Assembly: GCA_000004695.1 (NCBI GenBank)
Contig: CM000152.2
Location: 3,168,001-3,232,000 of the forward strand
Origin: Dictyostelium discoideum
Lineage: Eukaryota
Direction: 5' to 3'
DNA: 64,000 nt
The notes beneath the pieces are model-generated. The model saw nothing but the letters and a program-made list of their open reading frames with translations. It ran no database searches and was not told where the DNA came from. This document shows positions 1 to 12,898 of this stretch, piece by piece. How positions within the stretch are numbered: the first letter of the stretch is position 1; every line of letters starts with the position of its first letter. The translations under genes were made by a program, and so were the position numbers.

Positions 1-134
1 TATGGCGATAACAATAATATATTTTCAGATGAATCAAATAACTACAATAACAACAACAATAATAATGATTATAACAACAATAATTATTATGATAATAACA
101 ATTATAATGAAAATTATAATGAAAATTATAATGA

Positions 135-218
<84 letters not shown>

Positions 219-3153
219 TAATAATAATTACTATAATGAAAATAATAATCAACAACAACTACAACAAAACTATAGCAACAATAATTACAACAATGAATAT
301 ATAAATAACTTTAACAACAATGATAATAGTTACAACAATAATAATAATAATAATAATAATAATAGTAACTTCAACAACTACAATAATAATAATAATGGTT
401 ATGACAATAGTTATAGTAATAGTAATAATAATAATTATTATGATAACAGTAATAACAACTCTAAAAATGATAATCAATATAACCAACAACAGCAATATTA
501 TCAAGAAGAAGAACAACAACAACAACAACATGAAGAATTTGAAAAAGAAATTGAACAAAAAGAACAAGATTCAAGTCCAATTAATGTTAATAGAAATCCA
601 AATAATTCAGTTATGATAAAGATTGGTGAAGTTGAAGTACCAGAGGATATTTATAATCAAAAAGTTGAAAAATGGAGAAATGATTTTAATAGTATTTTTA
701 GAAATCTTGAAACATTGGAGATTGATTATACAAAAGCAACATTTGGTTTACCAAAAGATACAACAGTTAGAAGTATTTTTTGGAGAATTGCATTAGGTAC
801 CTTATCAAAAGATCCAACCACTTGGGTTGAAAGAACAAATTCAAGTAGAAAGAAATATGAAACATTTAAAAAGAATTATATTATTAATCCAAGAAATTCA
901 AAAGATCAAGATGCAGATCTTCAACAACAACAGCAACAACAACAACAACAACAAAGAAAACCAGTATCATTAATTGATGACCCATTATCACAAAGTGAGG
1001 ATAGTTTATGGAATCAATTTTTTGATAATGAAAATGCACAAAGAGAGATTAGTCATGACATTTCAAGAACGTATCCAGGTTTAGGATTTTTCGAAAGATT
1101 AGATATTCAAGATATAATGATTAGAATATTATTTATATTTAGTAAACAATATCCAAAGATTAAGTATCTTCAAGGTATGAATGAAATATTGGCACCAATT
1201 CTATACTCTGTCTACAACGATTCACATTGGTTCAATAATAGAGATGTATTCTCAAAGAAAAACTATGATAAAAAGAATAAACAATATGAACATTTCGATT
1301 TTGTATTTGATCAACAATATCAACAAGATTATTATCCAGATGGTCCAATTCAGTATCCAACCAATAGTAATAATTTTAATGGTGCTGGTAGCAGTGGCAG
1401 TGGTGGCAGTGTCTCAAGAAAGGATGGAGGTATTGGTGCTTTTCTTAGAGATCCACAATATTTCGAACATGATTCTTATTTCATTTTCGAATCATTGATG
1501 ACAATCGTTGGCAAGTGGTTTACTTCACCACCATCATCACCACAGCCACCACCAAGAGTTCAAGGCCAATTTAAGAAGCTTTATGATCTCTCTGAGCGTG
1601 ACGCCTCTGACCAAGCTGTTAATATTGTGGTTGTAGATCAATGTCTTAGAATGTTTGAAGATTTGAAATTTATTGAACCACAACTTTACAGTTACTTAAA
1701 ACAAGATCTCGGAATTGAACCTCATCTCTATTCACTTCGTTGGATTAGAATCATTTTGGCTCAAGTATTTCCATTGGATTCTCTATTGATACTTTGGGAT
1801 TCAATCTTTAAAGAATCGGTAACAGAATTCTTACCATACATCTGTTTGACAATGTTAATTATGATCAAAGATCAAATCATCGAAAAGGATTATTCCGAAT
1901 GTTTACAAGTTCTCTTTCATTATCCTGTCACTCAAGATATGCCAATGTTATTAAATACAGCTTATTCAGTCCGTGAAAAAATTCAAATGGCAAAACAACA
2001 ATACAATATTCCAATTAGTACTCCTGTATCAACACCTTTACCAACTTCTTTATCAAGACGTTCAATTAAAGCTTATCCTGTATCAACTTCTTCAACTATA
2101 GTAAATCAATCAACTACTACTAATAGTAGTAGTAGTAGTACTACTACTTCAACAACTTCTGCCAATAGAGGTTTATCACATTCTTCACAATCATATAGAT
2201 CAAGTAGTGGTAGTGGTAGTGGTAGTATTAGTAATCAAAATAAAGGAAATGGTCAATCTGGTATATTTTCATCATTCACATCAACATTTAAACAAATTAT
2301 TAATGATTTAAATGAATATAATGAAGAATTCCAATTAGCAAAAGAGAATGAACAATTAAAACAACAAAAATCAAAATTACAAAAAGAAGTTGATACATTA
2401 AAAGAGACTCAAACTCATGTCATTAGTAGATTAGAAAGAATTTTATTCTCATTTGTTGATTTTAAACAAAAACATATTCATGATCAAGATAACTTTGAAT
2501 CTGTTGATGCAATGGAAAAAGAAGTAACTTCAATCTTGAATGAAGTTTTAAATAGTCAAACAACAATTGCAAATTTAAATAACAGTAAAAATAGATTGCC
2601 AAATAAAAGTGTACAACAATCAACTATTTCACAACAATCAACTACTCCACAACAATCAATCACTCAACAAACATCTTCTCCAAATATAGTATTAAAACAA
2701 CAACAACCAATCACTGTTATTTCACAACAACAACAATCACAACAACAACAATCTCTACAACAAGAACAACAGCAATCTACCCAACAACAACAATCTACAC
2801 AACAAGAACAGCAATCTACACAACAAGAACAACAGCAATCTACACAACCACAACAATCACAACAAAATAACGATAATAGTCCATTCCAACAATATAATAA
2901 CGATAATAGACAAGAAAAAATATCATTAGAAGATGAAGTCTTTTTTGATAATCAATTTGTATCAGTTCAATCAACAAATAAAGAATTTCAATTGAAAACA
3001 TTATCACTTCCAAATGTAGAGATTCATGAAGATGATTTGGTTGAAGTTAAAACTCATGATAGTACAGTCGATGAAGATGAAGATGGTAATCCAATCACTG
3101 AACAATATAATTACAAGCAACAATTAGAAGCAAGATGGGGTTTTAATAAATAA
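1..3153 (+). CDS. TBC/RabGAP domain protein. 5' partial: frame 1 is open from nt 1 through the poly-Asn region into the 613..3153 ORF, with no intron detected in the window.
   Basis: Frame 1 has no stop from nt 1 to the TAA at 3151-3153. The translation carries the TBC arginine-finger region (REISHDISRTYPG) and glutamine-finger region (YLQGMNEILAPILY). The Asn/Gln-rich N- and C-terminal low-complexity tracts are typical Dictyostelium coding sequence. The ORF-track entries 2..304 and 320..616 are off-frame readings of the AAT repeats. Confidence 0.85.
141..235 (+). repeat. (AAT)n microsatellite inside coding sequence (poly-Asn tract of the TBC protein).
   Basis: About 32 uninterrupted AAT units. 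Confidence 0.95.
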
Positions 3154-3358
3154 AATAAAATAATATGACATAAAATAAAAATAATTTGAAAGAAGAAAAA
3201 AAAAAAAAAAAAATTTACTCATTGGATTATTTTTAATTATTTCTATTTATCCTTAATTTTATAATTATTTCTATTTATCTTTAATTTTTTTTTTTTTTTT
3301 ATTTTTTTTTTTTATACAGCTTATAAATTTTTTTTCTTTTTTTTTTTTCTTTTCTAAT

Positions 3359-4577
3359 TTATTCACTTAAGAATTGAAGAGCAGTAGTTTTTTCAGCAAC
3401 TAATTCTTCAGTTGTTAGATTAATTAAATTTTTACTCAAATCATCCATTTGTAAACCTTGAACGATAGTGTATTTACCATTTGCACATTTAACTGGGAAA
3501 GAAAAGATAAGACCTTCTGGAACACCATAGGAACCATCGGAATAAACACCCATTGAAACGTATTCACCTTCAGCAGTACCAAGTACCCAATCATGCATAT
3601 GATCAGTGATTGCTTTTGCAGCGGAAGCGGCAGAAGATAATTTTCTGGCGGCAATAACTGCAGCACCTCTTTTTTGAACGGTTGAAATGAATTCACCTTG
3701 TAACCATTTTTCATCTTTGATTGCAGTACTGATTGGAGTTTTACCAGTGCTAAGATTAATATAACCACAACGATAATCTGGATATTGAGTTGATGAATGG
3801 TTGCCCCAGATAATTACATTGTGGACATCCTTGACATTTACACCTGCTTTCAAGGCTATTTGAGATTTGGCACGATTTTGATCGAGACGAGTGAGACATG
3901 TAAAGTTCTCCTTTGGAATGCCATTGGCTGATACTTGTGCAATGAGTGCATTGGTATTGGCTGGATTACCAACTACCAATACTTTAACATTCTTATTTGC
4001 ATGTTCGGCGAGTGCTTTACCTTGAACTTTGAAGATTGCTGCGTTTGCTTTCAAAAGATCAGCTCTTTCCATACCTTCTCTACGTGGCATAGCACCAACT
4101 AAAATTGCATAATGTACACCAGTGAATGCTTCTTTAACATCGGCAGTTATAACTGTATCAGCGATCAATGGATATGCACCATCTTGAATCTCCATTACAA
4201 TACCTTTCAATGAGTCTACCATTTGTGGAATATCTAAAAGATGTAATTTAATACGTTGATCTAAACCAAACATATCACCTTTACATACATTGAAAATTAA
4301 TGAATATGCAATTTGACCTGCTGCACCAGTAATTAATACATTAATAACTTCATTGCTCTATTGTATTTTATTTTATTTTTTTATTTTATTTTATTTTTTT
4401 TTAATTTATATAATAATATAAATAATATTATATTATTTAAATAATATAAAATAAAATATTAATATCGGAAATTAAATATCGGACATATAATTAAAATAAT
4501 AAATAAAATGAAATTAAATTAAATTAAAAAATAAAATGAAAAATAAAATAATTAAAATAAAATAAAGTATTTACCAT
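3359..4577 (-). CDS. Cytosolic-type NAD malate dehydrogenase. Exons: complement(4575..4577) [ATG only], complement(3359..4357). Intron 4358..4574 (GTAAAT...CAATAG).
   Basis: The translation of 4357..3359 begins [20 protein letters not shown] (a Rossmann GAAGQIAY motif) and continues with MDH1-like sequence to ...ALQFLSE. There is no in-frame ATG upstream of the in-frame TAG that doubles as the acceptor AG. An ATG followed immediately by GTAAAT lies 217 nt upstream. It gives M+SNEV..., which matches the canonical MSEPIRVLVTGAAGQ start of cytosolic MDH. The 3-nt first exon is inferred (confidence about 0.4). The main exon is secure. Confidence 0.8.
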
Positions 4578-5382
4578 TTTATATATTTAATTATATTATA
4601 TTATATTATTTTTTTTATTTGTTTGGAAAAATTATGAAGAAGAAAAAAAAAAAAAAATTGTGAACAACACATGACCTGTTTTTTTTTTTTATTTTTTTAT
4701 TTTTTTTTTTTCAATTATTTTTTTTTAATTTTAATTTAATTTTTATTTTATTGTGCGAACCCACCAGCCCCAATTTTACTTTGATATTTTGGAATAAAAA
4801 AAAAAAAAAAAAAAAAAAGGTTGGAAAAATGTGAATTCATTGAAGATCTTTGAACACAATTGCAAACGAAAAAAATTTTATTATAATCCAAAAAAAAATG
4901 ATTTTTCATTTTTTTGGAAATTATTTATTTAAAAAAAAAAAGATATTTTTATCTTTTTTTTATCTTTTTTTTAGAACTAATAAATAAATAAAAAGTTTAT
5001 TAACCAACGATAATAAAAACAAATTCTTTTTTTTTTTTTATTTTTTTTTTTTATTTATAAACTATTTATAATTAAAAAAAAAAATAAAAATAAAAATATC
5101 CACTAAAACATTTTCAAAAAATTTAAATAAATAAAAATAATAAATAAATAAATAAATAAATTATAAAATTTTTAGGTATATCAATTTTAAAATTATAGTT
5201 AGAACCAAAAAAAAAAAAAAAAAAAAAATGAAAATTTAGTCACAAAAAAAAAAAAAAATAAAAATAAAAAAAAAAAACCAACTGATTTCCTTCGTTCGTT
5301 TTTTTTTTTTTTTTTTTTGCTTTATTTTTTTTTTTTTATTAATTTTTTTTAAACAAAAACTATATTATTAATCTTAAAAAAT

Positions 5383-6731
5383 ATGGGTGAAATACAAAGA
5401 GGTGGATTTAGAGGAGGAAGAGGTGGAGGATTTAGAGGCGGTAGAGGTGGAAGTGGTGGTGGTTTAGATAGAGGTGGAAGAGGTGGTTTCAGAGGTGGTA
5501 GAGGTGGAGGTGGTTCAGATAGAGGTGGAAGAGGTGGTTTTAGAGGCGGTAGAGGTGGAAGTGGTGGTGGTTCAGATAGAGGTGGTAGAGGTGGCTTCAG
5601 AGGTGGATTTAGAGGTGGTAGAGGTGGGGGTGGTTCAGATAGAGGAGGTAGAGGTGGATTTAGAAATGGTGGTAGAGATGGATTTAGAAATGGTGGAAAA
5701 GATAATGAAGATAGTTTCAAAAAAAGTGAAGAAAATAACAACAACCAAGCAACAGCTATTAAAAAAACAAATAATAAAAGATCAGCTGATGATTTAGATG
5801 ATAATATCGATACAACTTGGAAGAAACAAAAGTTTGAAGTTGACCCAAATAATGAATTTGAAAACACAAGTGATATTGAAACTGAAGGGGGTGATGATAA
5901 AAAAGCCACTAAAAAACAACCAAAACCACCAAGAAAAACACCAAAACAAAAGAATTTAGGTGATTTAGATCCAAGTATTGAATTTATGTCAAAAGAGAAT
6001 CAAGCAATCATGTTTACAAGAAAGAATGCAGAATTTTTAAAATTAAATACATCAAATGCTACCTCATTCAAAGAATCACATTTTATTGAACCAAAGGCAG
6101 ATATTGAAGATTTATCAAATTTCATTAAATCAATTCATCCATTATTACATACATATCCTGATAGAAAGAAATATAAAGTTCAAAATGGTGCACCACTAGT
6201 TATAATTGCAACTTGTTCTGCAACTAGAGCAATTGGTATTTCAAAGTAAGATTTTTTTTTTTTTTTTTTTATTTATTTATTTTATTTATTATGTATATAA
6301 ATAAATAATAGTTTTATTAACTTTTTTTATTTTTTATTTATTTATTTAGAGTTTTAAGTGAATTTAATATATTTACAAAAGTTGGATTATATTTTGCAAA
6401 ACATAAAAAGATTGAAGAACATACAGAAGTATTAAATAATTATCCAGTTAGAATTATTGTTGGTACACCAAATAGATTATTAAAATTAGTTGAGAATGGT
6501 TCATTAAAACTTAAAGGTTCAGTATTAGTTCAAGGTGATAAAAAACAACAAGCTCAAAATGCACTCATTGAAACTGATGAGGAAACTCGTTATTTAATCA
6601 TTGATAAAAGTTTTAAAACCTTAAAAGGTGAAGATTTATTCAGAATCAGTGGTACTGATTTATTTGAATTTTTCGATAAATCTTGTAAAGAGTTAGTTTT
6701 ATCTGGTAAAATGAAAGTATCAATAGTTTAA
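5383..6731 (+). CDS. RGG/FRGG-box (GAR-domain) protein with a CMSS1/Cms1-like C-terminal domain. Exons: 5383..6245, 6350..6731. Intron has a GTAAGA donor at 6246 and an acceptor ...TTATTTAG at 6349.
   Basis: The N-terminus has 12 (F)RGGRGG repeats. The C-terminal part (KYKVQNGAPLVIIATCSATRAIGISK | VLSEFNIFTKVGLYFAKHKKIEE...VRIIVGTPNRLLKLVENGSLKL) resembles the helicase-like core of human CMSS1 (LMLIICSSAVRALE...LFAKHIKVQ...VGTPGRIKELV). The intron phase is consistent (phase 2). The second exon is an open 381-nt frame sitting in 80% AT DNA. Confidence 0.65.
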
Positions 6732-7235
6732 CCAATTTTAAAAAAAATAAAATAAAAAATAAAAATAAAAAAAATAAAAATAAAAGGAACATTTGGTGTA
6801 TGTGTTTTTCCCACTTTTTATTAAATTTTCCACTTTTTTAAATAATTTAAAAATAAAAAAAAAAAAAAAAAAAAAAAACAATTTTACAAACACCAAGCAC
6901 ACTAACACACTTCATACAACCATATTGTTTTGTTTACCAAAGTGTTTTTATTATAATTTAAAAAAAAATTCAAAATGATTTAATAGTTGGAATTAGCGCG
7001 TTTATTCAATTTGTCGGTTAAAGTGAAAATTTTCCCTCCCAACTTTTTTTTTTATTTTTATTTTTTTTTATTGCCGACTAGATTTTTTTTTTTTTTATAA
7101 ATTAAAAAAAAAAATAAAAATCTTTTTTTTTTAAAACATTTATTAAAACTTATTGTGTACATATATATATATATATATAAAAAAGTTAATTAGTTAATTA
7201 ATTAATTTATTATCAATTAAAAAAATAAAATAAAA

Positions 7236-7548
7236 ATGGGTCTTGATATTCAAACAGAAATCGATAAAATTGTAATTGAAAAGGTTAAACCAGAAGTTGA
7301 ATACTATGACGTTATGGGTGGGTCACATAGATGGGAAGTCAAAGTGCACGACCATGGTAAAGTTGCATTAGTCGATACTATGCCAAGATTAGCACCAGTT
7401 GGTCAAACCGCCGATTTCTCAATTTGTCAAGCAGCAAGAGTGTCATATGGTGCCGGTACTAAAAAAGTCACTGAAGATAAAGGTTTAATTCGTTATCTTT
7501 ATAGACATCAACATACTTGTAAGTATATAAATAAATAAATAAATAATG

Positions 7549-7579
<31 letters not shown>

Positions 7580-8238
7580 ATTAACAATTTTTAATTTTTA
7601 ATTTTTTAGCACCATTTGAAATGGTAGAATTTAAATTTCATTGTGTAATGCCAGTATTTATCGCACGTCAATGGATTAGACATAGAACAGCAAATGTCAA
7701 TGAATATAGTGCACGTTATTCAGTATTACCAGATAAATTTTATCATCCATCAATTGAGGAAGTTAGAAAGCAATCAACATCAAATAGACAAGGTGGTGAA
7801 GAAGCATTGGAGCCAAAAACCGCCCAAGAGTTTTTAGACTATTTAGATAAAGTTGAAGAAAACTATAAAACCTATAATGAACTCTTAGAGAAAGGTTTAT
7901 CACGTGAATTGGGTCGTATTGGGTTACCAGTTAGTATCTACACTGAATGGTATTGGAAGATCGATTTACATAATCTTTTCCATTTCTTAAGACTTCGTAT
8001 GGATAGTCATTCTCAAAAAGAGATTAGAGATTATGCAAATACAATATTTGCTCTCATTCGTCCAATTGTACCAGTTGCTTGTGAAGCATTTATAGATTAT
8101 GCTTTTGAAAGTTTAAAACTTACACGTTTAGAAATTGAAGCAATTCGTACTGGTAGTCCACTCAATACTACAAATAAAAGAGAAATAGAAGAATTTGAAG
8201 AAAAGAAGAAATTATTATTCCCAAATACTCAAGCCTAA
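7236..8238 (+). CDS. thyA: Flavin-dependent thymidylate synthase ThyX (thymidylate synthase-complementing protein Thy1). Exons: 7236..7518, 7610..8238. Intron GTAAGT at 7519, acceptor TTTTTTAG at 7609.
   Basis: The ThyX signature RHRxxxxxxxS is present as QWIRHRTANVNEYSARYS. The exon junction reconstitutes ...RHQHT-SPFE, the conserved ThyX HxHxSPFE block. Intron phase 1 is consistent. Dictyostelium is the eukaryote in which Thy1 was first described. Confidence 0.9.
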
Positions 8239-8427
8239 AAAAAATCACAAAACACAAAACACAATTATTTAATTAATTAAATAATCTTCATCCTTTTTTG
8301 TATATAAAATAAATAAAACAAATATTATTAATGTATTGTTCATTTTGTTATGAAACAATTCATTTTCTAAATAAAATATATATGTTATCACAATAAAATT
8401 ATTTATTTATATTTATTTTTTAAAAAA

Positions 8428-8745
8428 TTAATCATCAAGAATGATTTCAGAATCATCTTGGTATTGTTGTTGTTGAGGATTTTGTTGTTGTTGAAGTCTA
8501 TTATTATTACGTTGATTTAATTGTTCTTTTTGTAATTCTTCTAAATTTCCAGAATAGGTTGAAACATCCAATTCTTTTAAAGTTTCATTTGTAATTTCAG
8601 TATCTTGGGTTATTATTTTTATTAAATTATCATAGATTTTATTTTGTGGATTATCAAATGCTGGTGGTAAATTGGATAATGGACTGTTTGAATTTGGATT
8701 ATAACAATATGTATTCTTTACAAAGTTTTCTTTTTTAATTTCCAA
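8428..8745 (-). CDS. Unassigned 105-codon open frame with no ATG (the ORF-track start is TTG). Possibly the 3'-terminal exon of a small gene, with the acceptor at TTTTATAG near 8846.
   Basis: The frame is open for about 420 nt between an in-frame TAG (about 8846) and the TAA at 8428. It has Dictyostelium-like Gln/Asn-rich composition but no in-frame methionine at all. The only nearby ATG (about 8812) is out of frame and terminates after 22 codons. No 5' exon was identified. Confidence 0.2.
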   Translation of the reverse strand: MEIKKENFVKNTYCYNPNSNSPLSNLPPAFDNPQNKIYDNLIKIITQDTEITNETLKELDVSTYSGNLEELQKEQLNQRNNNRLQQQQNPQQQQYQDDSEIILDD

Positions 8746-8857
8746 TGCATCTTGAATTGTAAAATTTTCTTTTAAATTATCTTTATTTTTAAATTTATAA
8801 ATTTCTTTAAATCTATCTTCAACTTTTTTAACTTCTTCATTTGTATATAAACTATAA

Positions 8858-8943
<86 letters not shown>
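8858..8943. repeat. (AAT)28 microsatellite in the Dbr1 3' flank.
   Basis: Perfect trinucleotide run. Confidence 0.95.
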
Positions 8944-8944
<1 letters not shown>

Positions 8945-8980
8945 TAATAAACATATTATATATATATATATATATATAGT

Positions 8981-10108
8981 TTAGTCTTTTTTTTTTTTTA
9001 CATACTTTGAAAATAATTCAGGATCTAATGGTTTTTTAGTTGGACTATTATATGTTTCTGAAATATGTTTAGTTTTACTTTGAATTAATATCCATTGTGG
9101 ATCATAACATAATTTTAATGGTTCACCAATTGGTACTTTTTGTTCAAATTCAAGTACCTGTAAGAAATCACGATTTGGTAAAACTTTATCTAATCCAAGG
9201 AATCTTGTAAATTCATTTGTATTAGCTTTATTTGTATTTGTTTTTTCAATTGATGGTTCATTAGTTTTATTTGTAGGAGAAGTGGTAGGATTATTATTAT
9301 TATTATTATTATTATTATTTGAAGACTCTGTATTAGTAGTTGTTGTTGTTGTTGTTGTTGGATTATTTTCTTTATTTTCATTATTTTCATTATTTTCATG
9401 TTCAACCAAAGCAGCAAATTTTGCATGCAAATGAGCAGAGAACCAAAATTTTGGTTTTAAATGTTTTAAAGTTGCCATTGTAGCTGGATTACCTAATTCA
9501 CCTTTTTCAGAATCTTCAATTAAACCCTTTTTATAACGTAATAATGAATTACGATCACCATAATCAATTATACCCATTGGCCAATCATGAGAGATGATAA
9601 TTTCTAGTGTTGGATCGGTGATTTGCATAAATTTGAAAATATCCAATTCTCTAATATGGTATACACTACGTAGATGGTCGTCAGAGAATGGTTTGGTTTC
9701 AAAATAACCTTTTTGATAATCGTATTCCTTAAAGATACCTGACAAACCACCAATACGGATACCACCAAATTGAACAACATTTGATCTGCCCATGAAATAG
9801 ATATTCTCGCATAACCAACCACCATTATTGATTTCAGAGAAATGATTGGACGATTCATGATTACCACCAATCACTAATGTTAACATTGGTGCTTTAAGTT
9901 CACCACTATAATATTTATAAAATGATCCCATAGTTTTATATTTTGGTTTAACTGCTAATGATTTTAAATCATGTAAATTCCTCAATGCTTCATAATCGCC
10001 ACAACATAATAACAAATCAACCTTTGTTCCTGTAACCTTTTCTATATTAATTATTGAATTATAAATTGTTTCAATTTCACCATGACAACATCCTTCAATT
10101 GCAATCTT

Positions 10109-10150
<42 letters not shown>

Positions 10151-10260
10151 TATAAATAAAAATAATAATAAAAAAAAAAAAAAATTAATATTAAAATTTA
10201 TAAATAATAATAAATAAATAAATAAATAATAATAGTAAATTAATAAATACATACTTTCAT
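8981..10260 (-). CDS. dbr1: RNA lariat debranching enzyme Dbr1. Exons: complement(10255..10260) [ATG AAA], complement(8981..10105). Intron 10106..10254 (GTATGT...AATAAAG).
   Basis: Exon 2 starts IAIEGCCHGE... (the Dbr1 metallophosphoesterase N-terminus; human MRVAVAGCCHGELD) and carries GDYEALRN and GNHE motifs. The ORF-track entry reads through the intron as junk poly-K/F. An ATGAAA|GTATGT micro-exon 149 nt upstream restores M-K-IAIEGCCHG. Confidence 0.85.
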
Positions 10261-10566
10261 TATTATGTGTATATTTTGTTTTGTTTTTGTTTTTGTTTTA
10301 GTTTTGTTTTTTTTTTTTTTTTTTTTTTCTTTTAAATGTATATATATATTAAAATGTTTGAATGAAATAATAAAAAATATTATGAATATATTGAATGAAT
10401 TTCACAAAAAAAAGAAAATTAAAAAATGAAAAAAAAAAAAAAAAAAATAAAAACATTTTTATTTTTAATTTTATTTTGTTTTAATTTTAATTTTATTTTG
10501 TTTTATTTTTTTTAATTATTTTTTAATTATTTTTTAATTATTTTTTTTTTTAAAAATTTAAATAAA

Positions 10567-12486
10567 TTAGGATCTAAAATCTAATACACAAACAGTACTA
10601 TTAGAATAGCAAGCACTAATTTTATCACCAGAACTATTCCAACAAACTTCAAAAATACCACCACTACCTTTATAACTTTTAACAAGGGAACCATCTTTAA
10701 CAGACCAAATATGAAGATACTTATCAAAGGAACCACTTGCAAGATATTCACCATTTGGAGAGAAGGAAACAGTGTAAACTGGATCCATATGTTTCTTTAG
10801 ACTATATATACATTTACCAACGTCGACATCCCACAATTTGATGGTATTATCGAAGGAAGCACTGGCCAACACCAGATTTTTATTGGGATTGTTTGAATCG
10901 GGCCCCGTAGGAGACCATTTTATAGTGTAGATCTCTTTTGTGTGATCCTTGAAATCGAATAGACAACCACCAGTTTTCATTGACCAAATTTTGGCAGTAT
11001 AATCATCGGAGCACGACGCTAGCAGGGTGCCAGTAGGGTCCCATTTAATTGCATTGATTTCGTCGTGGTGACCTTGGAAATTCATTATAGGTTTCTCTTT
11101 ACCAATTTCACAAACGTAGATCATCTTATCGGTTGAACATGTCGCAAATTGTGTATTATTTCTCCAATCTATATCCAACGTTGGTGCCGTATGAAATTCA
11201 AATTGTTGTTTCACCCCTCCTGTCTTTACATCCCATACAATCGAAGTTTTATCAACACTACCACTTAATAAATAATTACCTTTTTTATTCCATTTCAATG
11301 AAAATATTGGAGCTTGATGTTGTTCTAAAATATATATTAAATTACCATTCTTATTCCAAATTCTACCTAAACCATCATATGATCCTGTTGCTAATAATGA
11401 TCCATCTGACTAAAAAAAAAAAAAAAAAAAAAAAAATTTAAAAAAAAATTAAAAAAAATTGAAAATTAAAAAAAAAACAAAAAAAGTGTTGTGGGGATGT
11501 ACATACACTCCATTCTAAAGTTGTAACATCTATTGTTTTTTCATTATAATTTGGATTACGATGATTTAATACAAGTGAAGAAACTTGTTCTTTTGAATTT
11601 TCACAAGGCCCTGGCGGAATTTTCCAAATTCTAGCAGTACTATCACCACTACCAGATGCTAATAATGATTGTGAAGGGTTCCATGCACAAATAAATACTT
11701 CATTACTATGTCCTAAAAGTGTTGTAACTTGAGAATCCGGTATCTCGATTGAATCTATTATTTATTATTATTACCATTATTATTATTTTTTTATTATTAT
11801 ATTATGAATATCATTAAGTGAAAATTAAATTTACCTTCTTCTTTCATTTTAACATCTCTATCATATTTATCTTTTTCTTTATCATGTTTATCACTACTAC
11901 TACTACTACCACCACCACCACCACTACCACTACCAACACCAACAACATTAATTCGATGAGTTATTGATGACCATGATGATGATGATGTAGTTGTTGTATT
12001 TGTATTACTTTCTTTTTTATCTTTTTTATCTTTATTTGAAGAATTACTGTTGGTATTGATATTATTACTATTGTTATTGTTGGTACCACTATTTAATGAA
12101 TTGTTTTTATTATTAGAGGATGATGATGATGAGGATGAGGATGAGGATGATGATATTGAATCATCTTTCTCTTTAATGGTTGTATTTTTTTCATTCTTTT
12201 TCTTTACTTGACAAACATGATTTGAAACTAATGAAAATGGTTCTGTACAATTGATTTCAGTACCATCTTCTTGAAGGTGCGCTTCAACCTCCATATATTG
12301 AAGACCTTTTTGAAGTACTGAAACTAAACTACCATGTGGTACATTCGATGCATTTATATCGGACTTAGATACTAAACTTTCATTATAAAAACTAAATGCT
12401 GCATGTTGAAATCCACTCTCTAATAAATATTTATAAATTAAGAAATTAATTTCATCACTTGTTATATTAATTGTTGATGATGACAT
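10567..12486 (-). CDS. TBL1/TBL1XR1 (Ebi)-like LisH + F-box-like + WD40 repeat protein. Exons: complement(11835..12486), complement(11507..11754), complement(10567..11409).
   Basis: Exon 1 carries a LisH domain ([24 protein letters not shown]...[13 protein letters not shown]), almost identical in pattern to human TBL1. Exon 2 reads ...[40 protein letters not shown]...VTTLEWS. Exon 3 reads [22 protein letters not shown]...VCVLDFRS, where human TBL1XR1 ends VCVLDLRK. Donors are GGTAAA and GTATGT, acceptors TAATAG and TTTTTTTAG. Phases 1, 0, 0 are all consistent. Confidence 0.85.
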
Positions 12487-12724
12487 GTTTGGGTTTTTCT
12501 TTTTCTTTTATAATTATTATTATTAATATTATTATCAATTCATAATCTATAGGATATGTTTATTTTATTTTATTTTATTCTTCTCTTTATTTTTTATTTT
12601 TATTTTTTTATTTTTTATTTTTAATACAACTTTAAGTTTATTTCTTTTTTTTTTTTTTTTTATTATTTATTTTCTTTACCCCACCTCTTTTAGATTCTTT
12701 GGTGATAGGAAATAATTTGAAACA

Positions 12725-12729
<5 letters not shown>

Positions 12730-12758
<29 letters not shown>

Positions 12759-12768
12759 CAATTTTTTG

Positions 12769-12826
<58 letters not shown>

Positions 12827-12830
12827 AAAA
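12730..12830. repeat. poly(dA) tracts of about 27 and about 55 nt, separated by a 13-nt spacer, in the promoter region of the TBL1-like gene.
   Basis: Homopolymer runs 12730..12756 and 12770..12824. Confidence 0.95.
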
Positions 12831-12860
12831 CCATCCGTTAAATTTAAGTTAAAGTTTGAA

Positions 12861-12898
<38 letters not shown>

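Noticed and set aside
2-616. ORF-track ORFs 2..304(+), 34..258(-), 259..567(-) and 320..616(+), encoding poly-Ile/Thr/Val/Phe peptides
   Set aside because: They are alternative-frame and antisense readings of the (AAT)n/(CAA)n codon repeats. Frame 1 is continuously open from nt 1 into the TBC-domain ORF and is the real coding frame.
1181-1498. 105-aa + ORF overlapping the TBC gene in another frame
   Set aside because: It is embedded in a strongly supported coding frame and has no independent signal.
3436-3768. 110-aa minus-strand ORF inside the malate dehydrogenase exon
   Set aside because: Out-of-frame overlap of a well-supported conserved CDS.
9190-9870. Minus-strand ORFs 9190..9426 and 9604..9870 within Dbr1
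   Set aside because: Alternative frames of the Dbr1 exon with low-complexity translation.
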